From NCBI RefSeq assembly GCF_009914755.1, contig NC_060925.1: a stretch of 64,000 nt of DNA; one strand, written 5' to 3'. The stretch is from the human T2T-CHM13v2.0 reference genome, Homo sapiens. This document shows, one piece after another, positions 17,848 to 45,679 of the stretch (the stretch's first letter is position 1; each line of letters opens with the position of its first letter). The notes below the pieces were generated by a model. That model did not search any database. It was given only the letters and a program-made list of their open reading frames with translations, and had not been told where the DNA came from. The position numbers were made by a program, and so were the translations under genes.

Positions 17848-17895
17848 AGGGGCGGGGGGGGGGGGGTGGTGGCGGGGGCGGGGGGGGAAGGTGGA
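17848..17895 (+). other. G-tract cluster with G-quadruplex potential
   Basis: Four or more G-runs with short loops, including one run of over 10 G. Confidence 0.7.
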
Positions 17896-18089
17896 TTTCC
17901 TGCCGTTAGGTGGAGCCAGAGGTTAAGATAGTGCTTGGAGATCTCTGCCTGCCTGCTGAACCAACCCCCAGGGTGGAGAACTGACAGGTGGTGGAGCAGT
18001 GCTTGGGCTGGTTTGGGGCCTCAGTTCAAGTTGCATACATGCTGAGCCAGCAGCTAGAACCAGAAGCCGAAAGAACTGTTCACATGGAG

Positions 18090-18477
18090 CTGTTTATTTT
18101 CCGGCCTGAGGTTGCCGAGACAATTGGCGAGCTGTCTTGAATATATCTCTATCAATTAAAACAGCAGCTGAGATAAATAATGCACCTTTGCCGGAACTGC
18201 CACAGGGACTGCAGGCTCAGGCTTCTCAAGCCAGCTCACCGTCCAGCTGAGCGAGATGTCAGCCCAAGGAAGGAACTTAGATGCCTTGGAAATTGATGCC
18301 TCACAGTTATTTTCTCCAGAGGAGGTGCAGGGTCTGGGCTAGGGAAACGGAAAGGACTCTGTTGCATTTAATAAAGCCTGTATCCTATGGCAGCAGCCAC
18401 TAAGGAGCTCACCAGAATAAGCCAATGCCATTCCTCATTTGGCCTGAGCAGCTCAGAGTCAGGAAGTCAGAGCGCAG
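18090..18477 (+). promoter_or_regulatory. TMCC2: Second promoter and non-coding alternative first exon (1b)
   Basis: Consensus donor CAG|gtgagt at 18477/18478. Upstream non-repeat motif cluster: X-box-like gttgccgagacaat at 18111-18124, and CAGCTG+AGATAA at 18165-18176. Splicing to exon 2 leaves Met79 (29840) as start, giving 631 aa. The 5' boundary is uncertain. Confidence 0.7.
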
Positions 18478-19272
18478 GTGAGTGTGTGTGCTCTTACCTG
18501 TGTATGTTACCTGTCTGTGTGCCTTGGGGAGGAGTGAAAAGGGGGACGACTAGGTTATTGTTGTGTGTGTTTTTTAAACTTTGCAGTAATTATTCAAATC
18601 TGAACTCTGGTTCTGCCGCTGTCCTTTTCAGAGCTTCGTGGCTAGACTTATGTCTAGAGGATCTCTGTGGGATAGGCTCTCTCTGCACAAGAAGCTTGAG
18701 CTTTTGCCAGGCCCAGGGAGTCCTTGGTGTTTATCTCTGCTGTCACCCCCGAGTCCATCCCATGTGGTCAGGAGGTGTAGTTCCTGTTTTAAGTGAGATG
18801 GTGAGGGGGAAGGGGTCTCTTGAATGCTGTTGTGGGGAGGAGGCTAGCCTTCTGCTGCAGACTTCAGCCTCATTCTGAGCCGGTCCAGATGAGTCTGGCC
18901 AGCAAACCCTGAATCTTTGACCAATGAGACCCTCAGCTGAGTCTGTGAGAGGCAGCTTTGGAAATTCCCCACTCTCCAACTCAGGACAGCAGTGGAAACT
19001 GCTTTCTCCATTTATTCCCCCAGTTGCCTTCATGAGGAAGATGGGTTGGTCATGGCATGGGGGCTGCAGTGTCTCTGTAGAGGGACGCCTTAAGGGATGC
19101 CACGTTTCCACTCTCCTGTATTATCTTTTTTTTCTTTCTTTCTTTCTTTTTTTTGGCAGTGCCCTCATTCTGGTCAGGGGCAGATGTAGTAACAACTTTA
19201 CACTTGATATTAACTGCCGAACTGCCCTCAACCAGAATTGAAATCAGGTGTAAGAAAAGGAGGCTTCCCCTT

Positions 19273-19323
19273 ACCCCGCGCCCCCATCCACCCCATCCCC
19301 CCATCCCCCCCCCCCCGCCCCCA
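19273..19323 (-). other. C-tract cluster (G4 on the minus strand / i-motif)
   Basis: Repeated ccccatcc units ending in a long C run. Confidence 0.6.
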
Positions 19324-19582
19324 GAGAAAACATACCATTGAACCCAGCAATGTGGACCCAGTAAGGAGCAGAAAACCCAGCTGCAGCCTGCTTGTGGGAG
19401 CATGGGGAAACAAGCAGGGCTTTTCCTGTTTATCTCTGTCTGCTTCATCACAACATGTTTACTACCGGGTGCAAGGGACTTCCAACCAGATGTGACTTGG
19501 GGACTTTCACAGTTTGATTTGCTGTGTGGTCTTGGGCAAATCACTCAACTTTTCCGAGCCTTTTTCTGGTGAAAGGGACTAG

Positions 19583-24420
<4,838 letters not shown>

Positions 24421-27400
24421 CTAAAGGCTTCCTTATTCCAGCCAGGTTAACTGAGTGATGTCCACCAGGGAAAACAAATCTGGCTGTAAGGACATGAGCC
24501 CCCTCCCAAGCCCTCCCTAAGCCATTCGTGAAGACATCACATACATTCTGGCTCCTTGGTCTGTGTTCATCTCCTTCCAAGCCAACTCAATCTTGGCGGT
24601 TACTAAGATAATAGAGTGAGAAGAGGGTTTAAACTGCAGCAGGAGAAATCTGAGTTAGACACAAGAAAAGGCTGTTGGAGCATTTGAAATCTTTGTGAAA
24701 GGTTATGTCTTTGGAAAAGGTAGTCATCTAAGGATTAAAATCACCTTTGTAAGATGGATTTGTAGAGACTTGGATAGTGGCTGCTCAGAAAATAAATGAA
24801 CAAATAATTTACCTAGCTGTCTTCCATGTTTGTGTTGAGGCCTCTGCCAGGTAATGTTAGGGACACAGAGATGTAGGAGCTGTAGCTCCTGCTGTCCAGT
24901 CACTCATATTGTCATCAAGGGTTCCATCCGTCAGCAGGTGAGAAGTTGGATAACAGTCAGACAGAGCACTAGAAGCGATGTCACAAGGCAGTACACGATT
25001 AATTGCAAAATGAGTGGTGCAGATAATGAGCGCTTATGTGTTCAGAGCAGGGCGAGATCGCTGCAGACTGGTGTGATCAGAGAGGGCTTTATGGAGTGGC
25101 GAGGTGGTGAAGGATGGGTAGGATGCAAAGAGGCAGAGAGAGGGCACGCCATGCTGGGAACTTTAATAAAAGTCTTCTATGTTGGTGTGTGCTGAATCAG
25201 TTCTGCCTAAAGACATGGTGGATGAGGTGACCTTTTCCCACTTGCTTTGGCTCCAGGCTGAATTCTCTAAGCAATAAAGGAAAGAGGAATCAAAATAAAA
25301 TTGAGAATGGGGGAATTTTTTGCCCGTGTGCCCATGAGTTGAGTTTTTTTTAAAAAATTTCATCTGTGAGGCTGGGGAATAAATAAATGATTCCAAAAAT
25401 CTTTCATCACTGGGTTTCCAGTAGAAACTCCAAGTGGGCCTGAACAGTTGCAGCTGCCTACTGTACACCACTGTGATCATCAGCGCCAAACCTGGGGTAA
25501 TGGTTCCTCTCCTGCTCCCACTCAGGCTCCCCACCCAGAGCTTCTTAAGGGCAATTGGAGACTTCTTCAATCCACTTTGGATCCTAAGAGTAGAACTCTG
25601 TGGGTTTTTACAGTGATTAGTTCTCTAATGCTGGCCCTGTTTCCATAGAGACCCTATAAATAGAGGAATGTTGGTGACCTAGGCTGGCAAAGGCTCAGGG
25701 TGACCCAGTCACCCCACTGAACCCTCACAGCCAAACTGTTGGTAGGGCGGAAGGAGTTTCAAACCCAGGTAGGAGGAAGGGCTATGCAGTCAGCTGCCAG
25801 GTGGGATAATTAGCTATAGATTAGTGTGACTTTAAGCTTTCCTGGGATTTGTTGAGAACACACGTACCTGTAAAAATTAGAAACCACTTTTGGTCATTTT
25901 TAACCAGATGGTGCCAATGACACTGTACCCCAAGGCATTTTAGTTTTGTATTCATGCAGCTGTGTTTGCAGATTTTGGAGCAAACTTCCCCTTTGGGGGA
26001 CCCACACCCAGGGAGAAAGACGGATGAAGCCCAACTGTTCAGAAACCACAGCCTTCTCAGGAAGGATCTTTCAGAAGCCATCTAGTCCTCCCTTTTTTCC
26101 TGAAAGGACAGTGCCACCCAAGGAGATGGGGCTCTTCCTGCCCTTTCAGATAGTTCCAGGGGAGGGACAGCCAACTCCCCTCACTTCCTTCCCCAGGGCA
26201 CCTCACCCTGGGAGGCTCTCCTTTCTGACTACCTTATGGCCAGTTCTGGGGACGGCACTTCTTGCTTCGGTCTTACAGATCATGAAAGCCCTGTTTGTTT
26301 GCCACCTCTAACTCTGAAGCATCTCAGCTCTCTAATGCATGGCTTCATTTGGCCACCAAAATGGTTTCTGGCAGCCAGGGAAAAGCAAAAGTCAATGTGG
26401 AAAAGCAAGTGACATTTTAGGAGCTGGAACCTGTTAGTCAGAGCAGGTGGTGCTTTCTGCTGCGTTGGCGGCTAAGTTCCCTTAAGCTAGTCACCATGGT
26501 TTTCCTCACTTCTGAAACTTGTAGCTGGTTATGTGTATGTGCTGAGTTTTTTTTTTTTAAAACACTTACTGTGTTATGTCAAAACTCCTTAACCATCTCC
26601 TCCCTGACACCCACATGCAGAAGCGGCCCAGCCCTTGCGTCACTTTGCTGTTCCCGCCTCGCACCTTATCAGTGAGGAAAAACCCCTTCATCTGGAGTAA
26701 TCTCCTCTCTCTGCACCTTGTTCTTTGACTTCCTTTTTGTTATTTCCCTCCTGCCTGCCTCAGACTTTAATAGATTCCTCGGTCTGCTGGGACAAAGGTC
26801 CTGGGGTCTCCTGGTCACTTTCCCTAGGTTTCCTTCAGCTGCAGGACAGCTCAGGGAGGTGGGAAGTAAAGACTTTATAGTTGAGGGTCTTGTCCCATAA
26901 CATGGGATGGGCAGGTCACAACAGCAGTTCAGGGGACCTAACAACCCTTGACCCAGGCATTTTTGTTTGGCGCCTGCCTCTGATACTATTCTGGGACACA
27001 TGCAAATACCCTATCTACTTTAAATCTTAAGTCTTGAAATCAGTGTATGGGCCCATGAAGGTAAATTCAATTAGAAGTCGGGGGTTTCTCTGTGTGGCTT
27101 GGATGAGCCACTTAGCTATGCTGTGCCTCCGTTTCTTCATCTGCAAAATAGACACTGATGCTGTGACATCTCACATTCCTAGCTCCTGAGATTAGGCTAG
27201 TGTCAGATTATAATGACAGTATAAATCGGAACGCACTTTGCAAAATGCTGTTGTATAAATTTTAAAAGTAAATTGACCAAGGATTTTAGGCTCCAAGGCA
27301 ATATGGCAGACATCGGTGGCCACCGTAGCTCTCCCCAGCACCTCCACCAGCCTCCCGGGGATAGGGGAGAGGAAATGCCTCAGAACTCTAGGACCTCTGC

Positions 27401-29812
27401 TGAAGTCTTTAGAAGGGAAACTCTTTCTGCCTGAGTGGATCCTCAGTGTTGGAGAAGCCAGTTTAGGAATGGGGGGAGAAGAGGAAGGGACCTGGAATAG
27501 AACGCTAGAAAGACAATTCGTATTATGGAATGTGACGATTTGGCAGAGGCAGCTGGGCAAATGCCAGAGCCAGCTGGCCCCATCACAGTGTCTGGAGGGA
27601 GGTCTCACATCAGCTTGGGCCTGGGGAAGGGGGAGGTGTCCTGGCAGGTCCCTGGTCTGAAGGCTGCAGGATCTGGCCTGTTCCAAGTCCATGGCAGAGT
27701 TGACATCTTGGTTCTCCCCAGCACAGATTCAGGTGAGCCTTGTGACCCTGCCTCAAGCTGGCCCCCAGGAGATGGTAACTCCTGTGGGAAAAGCTGGCAT
27801 TGTGTAACTTAAGATCTCGAGGGCTGCCCCAGAATTCAGTTCTTGAGAAGGAATCATGGTAGCCTTAATTTCCTCTTCTCTAAATGGAGATGTTTCCGTT
27901 GTTGCTTTTGTTACTATTTAGGAGAATCAATGGGATAATGCAGGATACAAATCTCCTTTGAAATGAAAAACCGTTAGTTCGTGATGAGTTGTGATGATGT
28001 AATTTATCTGGTCTGTAAAATGGGTGATGTAAGGGCCTCATCTACTTTAAGGATTCTGGGGATACTCAAATGAGGTGAAAAATGAAAATCCTAAAATTTT
28101 ACACAAATACATAATAGTACAGTTATTATATCCAGCTGTAAGCGCAGCCATCTGCACAAACTCAAGGCTGAGTTGTAAAGTAACCTAAGAGTGGGGTCAG
28201 CTCATTTAGAGGATGTCAGGTTGCTTTTTCTTGGTTTCTATATGGTCTAGATTTTCTGCTCTGTAAGTTTGTTTCTAGGGAAAAAAAAAAAGAAAATCCA
28301 GTCTGTGTAATTTTTTGGAACATTTTTTAAATGACTGAGGCAGCCTGGTAAGATTGTGGGTTGTTCCTCACAGGAAATCCTGCTATGGCTCATTGAGTCC
28401 CAAATGGCTGGGCCCTGAGTTTTCCTCTAAGGAGCTGCAGAATGTGAGGTGTCTCCTGGTCCTCCAAGTCTCACCCCTCCTTCCAACAGCTCCAAAGCTC
28501 TCATAGAGGGCTCAACCTGGCCGGATAAGCCGTCCCCTGACAGAAGCAGCTGTCTGGAATTATACCACAGTTGCTCGCCCTGGCAGGCCATCCAGCTGCC
28601 CCTCTGTGAGCAGTCTTGCCGGAAGAGCAGCTGGAGAATCTCAGCAACAGGGCTAAGAGGAAAGGCTGTGGCCTGGGCGGCACCGGGTTGCAGTGCCTCT
28701 ATGCTTTGGGTCTAAGGGGAAAGACACTCATTTGGATAGCTTGTTCTGATGTGTATGCTAAAGAATTGGTCACATTACTATGTCACAAGGTTTGCTCATA
28801 GAAGTAAAGTTTATTTCATTGCCAACCATATCAGGAATGAAATTGGTTGCAAATAACAGAAAATCATACTAGAGTTGTGTAGACAAAGATGGGTTTATTT
28901 CATGCAACAAGAATCCCAGGATAGGTGTTCACAACTGGTTTGGTGGCTCCATAGACCTTCAAGTTCCCAGGCCTGTCCCTTGGGCTCCACCATCTGTGTG
29001 CAGACCCTCATCGTCAACCATGTCATCTTGTGGTTGCAGAATGGCCACTGCATCTCCAGGCACTACGTTCCCATTCCAGATGGGAAGATTTGGGAAGGGC
29101 CAGTGCCTTTATCAGGAAAGCAAAAGTGCTCCCAGAAGCTCTCACCTTGCTTTTCGTTGGCCCAAACTGTGTCATGTGGCTACTCCTAGCTGCAAGGGGA
29201 GTCTGATGAAGCAGGAATTTTTAGCAAGGTGAGTTAAGTCCTTGCAGTTTGGTTGGTAAGAAAGAAAAATAGATATTGGGTAGGCAATTAGCAGTGTCTG
29301 CTACAACAGTATAACTTGATTGTATGACCCTGATTTTACTGGGGGAATGTTGGAATTAGGCAACTTTGGAAATCGATGCTTGGTGGCCTGAAAGAACTAG
29401 TACAGCTTGAAGGGTCGTCTAACTTGGAAGGAGGGAAGGACTGGGGGTGGGGATCAATCTAGAGGGATACAACCCCATGAGCCAAGTGCTACCTGTGTAT
29501 GCCATTAAGCCCCAGACTGAAGCCCTGAGAGCATCATTCCTAGAAACTCTGAACCTTCATTTTGATTAGGAATGTCCCGTGGAAAACCGTGGGGTCACAC
29601 TTCTTTCGGAATGAAAGGATGGGTCTGGGTTGCCACCTTTTCGCAAACTGACCCTTTATGCACGACGGGCCATCCACAGAGATCTTCCAGGTTCAGATGG
29701 CTGCATTAGCTATGCCAGTCTACCAAGGACAGACCCTTCACCTTCACCCTCCTACTGACTAGGCAATCAAGAGCTTTCCACTCACCAGGGTTCTTCATCT
29801 CTCCCCCTTAAG

Positions 29813-30352
29813 AAAATCCAGCAGCTGTCAGAGGGCTCCATGTTTGGCCACGGTCTGAAGCACCTGTTCCACAGCCGCCGTCGGTCTCGGGAAAGGGAGC
29901 ACCAGACGTCTCAGGATTCCCAGCAGCATCAGCAGCAGCAGGGTATGTCCGACCATGACTCCCCAGATGAGAAGGAGCGCTCTCCGGAGATGCATCGCGT
30001 CTCCTACGCCATGTCCCTGCACGACCTGCCCGCCCGGCCCACCGCCTTCAACCGCGTGCTGCAGCAGATCCGCTCCCGGCCCTCCATCAAGCGGGGCGCC
30101 AGCCTGCACAGCAGCAGTGGGGGCGGCAGCAGCGGGAGCAGCAGCCGGCGCACCAAGAGTAGCTCCCTGGAGCCCCAGCGTGGCAGCCCTCACCTGCTGC
30201 GCAAGGCCCCCCAGGACAGCAGCCTGGCCGCCATCCTGCACCAGCACCAGTGCCGTCCCCGCTCTTCCTCCACCACCGACACTGCTCTGCTGCTGGCCGA
30301 CGGCAGCAACGTGTACCTCCTGGCTGAGGAGGCCGAAGGCATCGGGGACAAG
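29813..30352 (+). CDS. TMCC2: TMCC2 coding exon 2 ([14 protein letters not shown]...EGIGDK, 180 codons; Ser/Arg-rich, likely disordered)
   Basis: Acceptor ctcccccttaag|AAA; donor AAG|gtgaga; phase 0/0; strong GC3 codon bias. Confidence 0.96.
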
Positions 30353-30889
30353 GTGAGATGGGCCTTCTGGGGCAGGGGGAGACTCAGAGGCAAGGGCCAT
30401 CCGCTGAGGGGCCTTGAGACCTGGGGAGCTGAGCCAGGGGCCCTCCCTGGCAGATACTGACACCCCACCGTCTGCAGAGTTATCTACCTTGGTTAAAGGA
30501 GTCGGGTATGACTAGGCCAAAAACAAGAGATGATTCCCAGGATGGCTAATTTTTGTTTCCTTAGGGCTGTTTTTCAAAATTGTGTTTTGCTCATGCTGAT
30601 ATTAATGTTGACTTGTTTTCCTTAAATGGGCTATCAAGAGGCAATAGGTATAGTAGTTTAAAGCACAGACTGGAAGCAACTCTGGTTCTGCCACTTACTC
30701 AGTTAACCTCTTTGTGCTTGTTTCACCAATTGAAAATGAGGATAATAATAGTACAGTTGTAGGACTAAATGAGTTAATATATGTAAAATACTTGGAATAG
30801 AGCCTGGCATAGTATCATCTTTACTATTGGCACCAACCAAAGAAGATAGGGGATCCATGAAGGGTGATTTGGGAAGGAGAAAAGCTAGT

Positions 30890-34810
<3,921 letters not shown>

Positions 34811-34928
34811 ATTTGCAAGCCTAGCCTCCACTGGGGAGAAGTCTGTTCTCAGAGTGAGGAGCTCTGCACGCGTTGGCTAAAAGGGTGGCGTGGCTTTGTG
34901 AAATTGAGAGCTGGAGGAGCCCAGCAGA

Positions 34929-35000
34929 ATGAACCAGGTTGTTCAGCCCTTAATGAGCAGACACTCTGCATGTAGAGGCAGCCAGGCCCACCTCTCATGG
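34929..35000 (+). CDS. TMCC2: Alternative coding first exon, 24 aa MNQVVQPLMSRHSACRGSQAHLSW; 484-aa isoform if joined to exon 3
   Basis: agaATG (A at -3); 72 nt open; donor TGG|gtgagt in phase 0, matching exon 3. Confidence 0.72.
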
Positions 35001-35643
35001 GTGAGTCAATGAATACATTTTAAAAATCAAATTAGAAAAATCCTGTCAAGCAGGAGTCTCTGGTATGCAGCTATTTTATGAGGAGGGAAAACGTGAACCT
35101 TGCTGTCTTTGGTTGCCTAGGGCTCCCATGAAGACCTCCTGAGCAGGGGGAAGACGTTGGGGTGGGCAGTGGGCACTGTCGGAAGCTGGTGAAGGACTGT
35201 GGATGTTTGCAGGGGCCTGGGGGAAGTGGGGCAGGCTCATTAGCTGGGGAGCTTCTCTGTGGGGCTCTGCCATGTGGCTCACTGTGCCCAAGATATCCAG
35301 ATGGGAGGGAGGAACTCTTTTTTTGCTGCTTATGGAAGACGAGACCCAGACACTTTGGGTGACCTGATGAGGGGACGGTTCCCTGGGTTCAGGGTGATCA
35401 TGGGGGAAATGGTTGTTCTTGTGACTATTTTATATCCTTCTTTAGAACCCTCAGCTTTGTTAGGTGTATGGCCTGGTTGATCTTTATAACATACCTGTGA
35501 AGTTGGCAGAGCAGGTGTTATCTCCATTTTACAGATGAGTAGACTAAGGCCTAGAGGAAAAGAGACTGCTTGCCTATGGCACCCAGCTAGGTCTTGGCAG
35601 GGAGACAAGGGATCCTAGTCTGTACCCAAGACTCATCTGAGAG

Positions 35644-35653
35644 GTGACGTCAC
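35644..35653. promoter_or_regulatory. Perfect palindromic CRE GTGACGTCAC
   Basis: 10-bp palindrome with an intact CpG in CpG-poor intron. Confidence 0.5.
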
Positions 35654-36432
35654 TGAACCCGGCTGGGGACCATTTTATGCAAAGTCTATGGAGAGCAGGT
35701 TTGCCTCAGCCCGAGTGGGATGATTTTATCTCTTGGTTGCCATTTCCCCTTCAATTGCATAGATTTCCTGACCTGGAGCTGTCCTTCCAGGAATGGGCGT
35801 GGCCCTGGGGGTCCTGAGGAGAGAAAGGTTGCTTCCCTGTCACAGAGGAAAAAGGTCTTCCAGCCATCGGTAAACCCTGCTCTGTCAGCTGACTCCCCCA
35901 GACCCAGAGGCCCTGGGCTGGTGTGAGAAGCAGTAGTGGTTCTGCCCTGATCTCTGGGCATGAATAGGAGGTATTCTTCTCTCCCTAGTAAACACAGCCC
36001 CACATGCTCTCTGCAAGATCCCTGGCGGTTACTAGCATCTATTTTTAATTCATAAGCCTCCCCCACTCCCCCACACCCCCTGCCATTGTTTAGAACTCAC
36101 CAGCTGGCTTTCGGACCAGAGCAGCCCTGGCAGGGTTGAGTCCAGCCCTGGCGGGGTTGAGTTACCGAAACACCCTGGAGGCAGCTAAATTTCCTCAGCT
36201 GTCCTGGAGAGGCTCACCCCAGCCCCACCCCAAGAAAGTAGGAGACCTCAAGCCCCAAAGGGAGCAGGGTGTGACGGGGGACAGATAGGGGCTCACGGTC
36301 CAGGGAAGCAGCTCAGCCTTGGTGATGGTAATTTGGCTGTTGGTTATTCCTGCTAGATCCACTTAGTTGTCTTTGAGGTTGTGCCTTCAATTACTTCCCT
36401 GTTTAAAAACAAAAACAAAAACAAAACATTCT

Positions 36433-43923
<7,491 letters not shown>

Positions 43924-44399
43924 CTACCTGAGACAGAACTGCGGTGGCTGGACTGCCTTTCATGGCAGCTAAATGAGGTAGATCATTTCATTGTTTTACG
44001 ATGTCAGTATTGAGGGAGGATCAGTCTTATGCTAGGCACAGTGAATGGTCCAGATGAACATAAGATCTGATCCCTGCCTTATCATTTAATAGGGGCATAA
44101 GACCTATTTACAAATAACCCTTATGCAAGAACAGTGCTTGGTGCGAAAATATAAAGTCAAGATCCAGTACCATAGGAGGGGGATCATTTGCAGAAGTAGG
44201 GGAGCTGCCAGAAGTGTTCCCTGGCCCTACAGGTCAGAGCTGGCCCCAGAAATTGGGACCTATGTAATATGCTTTGCCAGGCTTCTTCACAAACCCCAAG
44301 TCATCAGCCAACCACAAATGTTTGTATAGTTTCCATGAGCCCAGGGTATGAGGACTCCTGATCTCAGTGATTTTGGCCTGCAAGCCCTGGCACTGGCTC

Positions 44400-44495
44400 C
44401 CAGAGATAGCACTGGGCCCTTATCTCTTCACACCTTCTTGAATTTGGGACTACCCAATCAACGTGACGCGTGTCGGCCATCAGTATTTAAGCCTG
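44400..44495 (+). promoter_or_regulatory. TMCC2: Internal promoter (GATA / CCAAT / CRE-like / TATA-like)
   Basis: AGATAG 44404-44409, TTATCT 44420-44425, CCAAT 44454-44458, ACGTGACG 44461-44468, TATTTAA 44484-44490, in canonical promoter order. Confidence 0.7.
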
Positions 44496-44702
44496 GAGTT
44501 CCTCACCAGACTCAAGTGGGTGCAGAATCCATGTCTTTCTGAACGACAGTTCTGCTGTGAGAAGCTGCCATTAGAGAGATCCAGCAGGCCCCAGGACTCA
44601 GCTGGCCAGCCGGTGACACTGCTCACTGCTCATTGTCCTCAACTGTGGACCTCTGTCCCCCTCTGCTGGCCACTCACAGAATTTCCTGCTGGCACTGTCA
44701 AG

Positions 44703-44729
44703 ATGAAGTCCAAGGAGGAAGAGACTGCT
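44703..44729 (+). CDS. TMCC2: Alternative coding first exon, 9 aa MKSKEEETA; 469-aa isoform if joined to exon 3
   Basis: aagATG (A at -3); donor GCT|gtgagt in phase 0; lies ~210 nt below the TATA-like box. Confidence 0.75.
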
Positions 44730-45517
44730 GTGAGTTTCCCATCTGTGCTTTATCTTGGGTGTTTTTGCCAGGGCAATGCTGGCAGAGACTGGGAAGCAGA
44801 AGCTAGTGCAGAAGTGGCCATTGGTGTCCAGGGCAGAGACTGGATTTCTGGGACAGGATCTCAGGGCAGAAGAATTCCCCTGGTGAGGCTGGCTGCTGTC
44901 AGCTTCCTCCAGGTGGTTATTGGAGTAGAGAAACTGCCTTGGAAGTGATGGTGCCTTAAGCCAACGGGCAGGGCAGCAGGGAGAGGAGGAGAGGACTCTG
45001 GCTGGAGCTGGCTGTGTTAGGATCTGCCAGGGAGCCCCCCTCCAGGCTCTAGTCTTTTTTGGCTTTGGAGAGCTCTTCGCTATCCTGGAAGGCTGGCTGG
45101 GAGGCTCACTTCCATTCCGAATCCATGAGACTGCTCTGTTTGTGAGAGGAGCTTCTGATCATGGGAGGCATTTCTGTGAGATGGGAGGGGTGAGGTGGAG
45201 TGCCTGTCTTCTGGGTGGTTGAAGGATGCAGGTGCACATGTCATGTGTCCTCGTGCACATCCCTTTCAACCCCCTTTGCCCCCCACCCCCACCCCTCCTC
45301 ATTGATGCCTGTCACACCTGGGTGTCCTTATGCACACAACTCACAGTGGAACAGCTGGACTTGTGGAGGGGCATCTCATCAGAGCTCGGTCCTCCCGCGC
45401 TCGGTGATCCTCCCTGTCTCCTGCCAGATGGGAAGGAGCAGCCCGTGAGCCCCAGGGGAGGGGGAAATCTCCCAGAGCAATCCGCCCCTAATCCCCAGGC
45501 TGTGCCTCAGTCTGGAG

Positions 45518-45679
45518 ATGGCGGCTGCAGAGTCTGGGAACTCAGGCACACCTGCTCGCAGCCCAGTGCTGCCCAGGGTCTGTGACCCCGGGGGCCTGAC
45601 ACAGTCCGCAGACAGCTGGGGCCTCAGAGCCCCGGGTACCTCATCGCCGGCACGGCTTCGGGAAACAGTGCCCACACAG
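45518..45679 (+). CDS. TMCC2: Candidate alternative coding first exon, 54 aa MAAAESGNSG...RETVPTQ; 514-aa isoform if joined to exon 3
   Basis: Strong Kozak gagATGG; 162 nt open; donor CAG|gtgagg in phase 0; local CpG enrichment and CCGCCC box at 45482. Confidence 0.5.

Noticed and set aside
29828-30463. 211-aa minus-strand ORF, and similar ones at 57175-57573, 57586-58098 and 60051-60555
   Set aside because: They overlie TMCC2 exons; GC3-rich codon usage depletes antisense stops, so these are shadow ORFs
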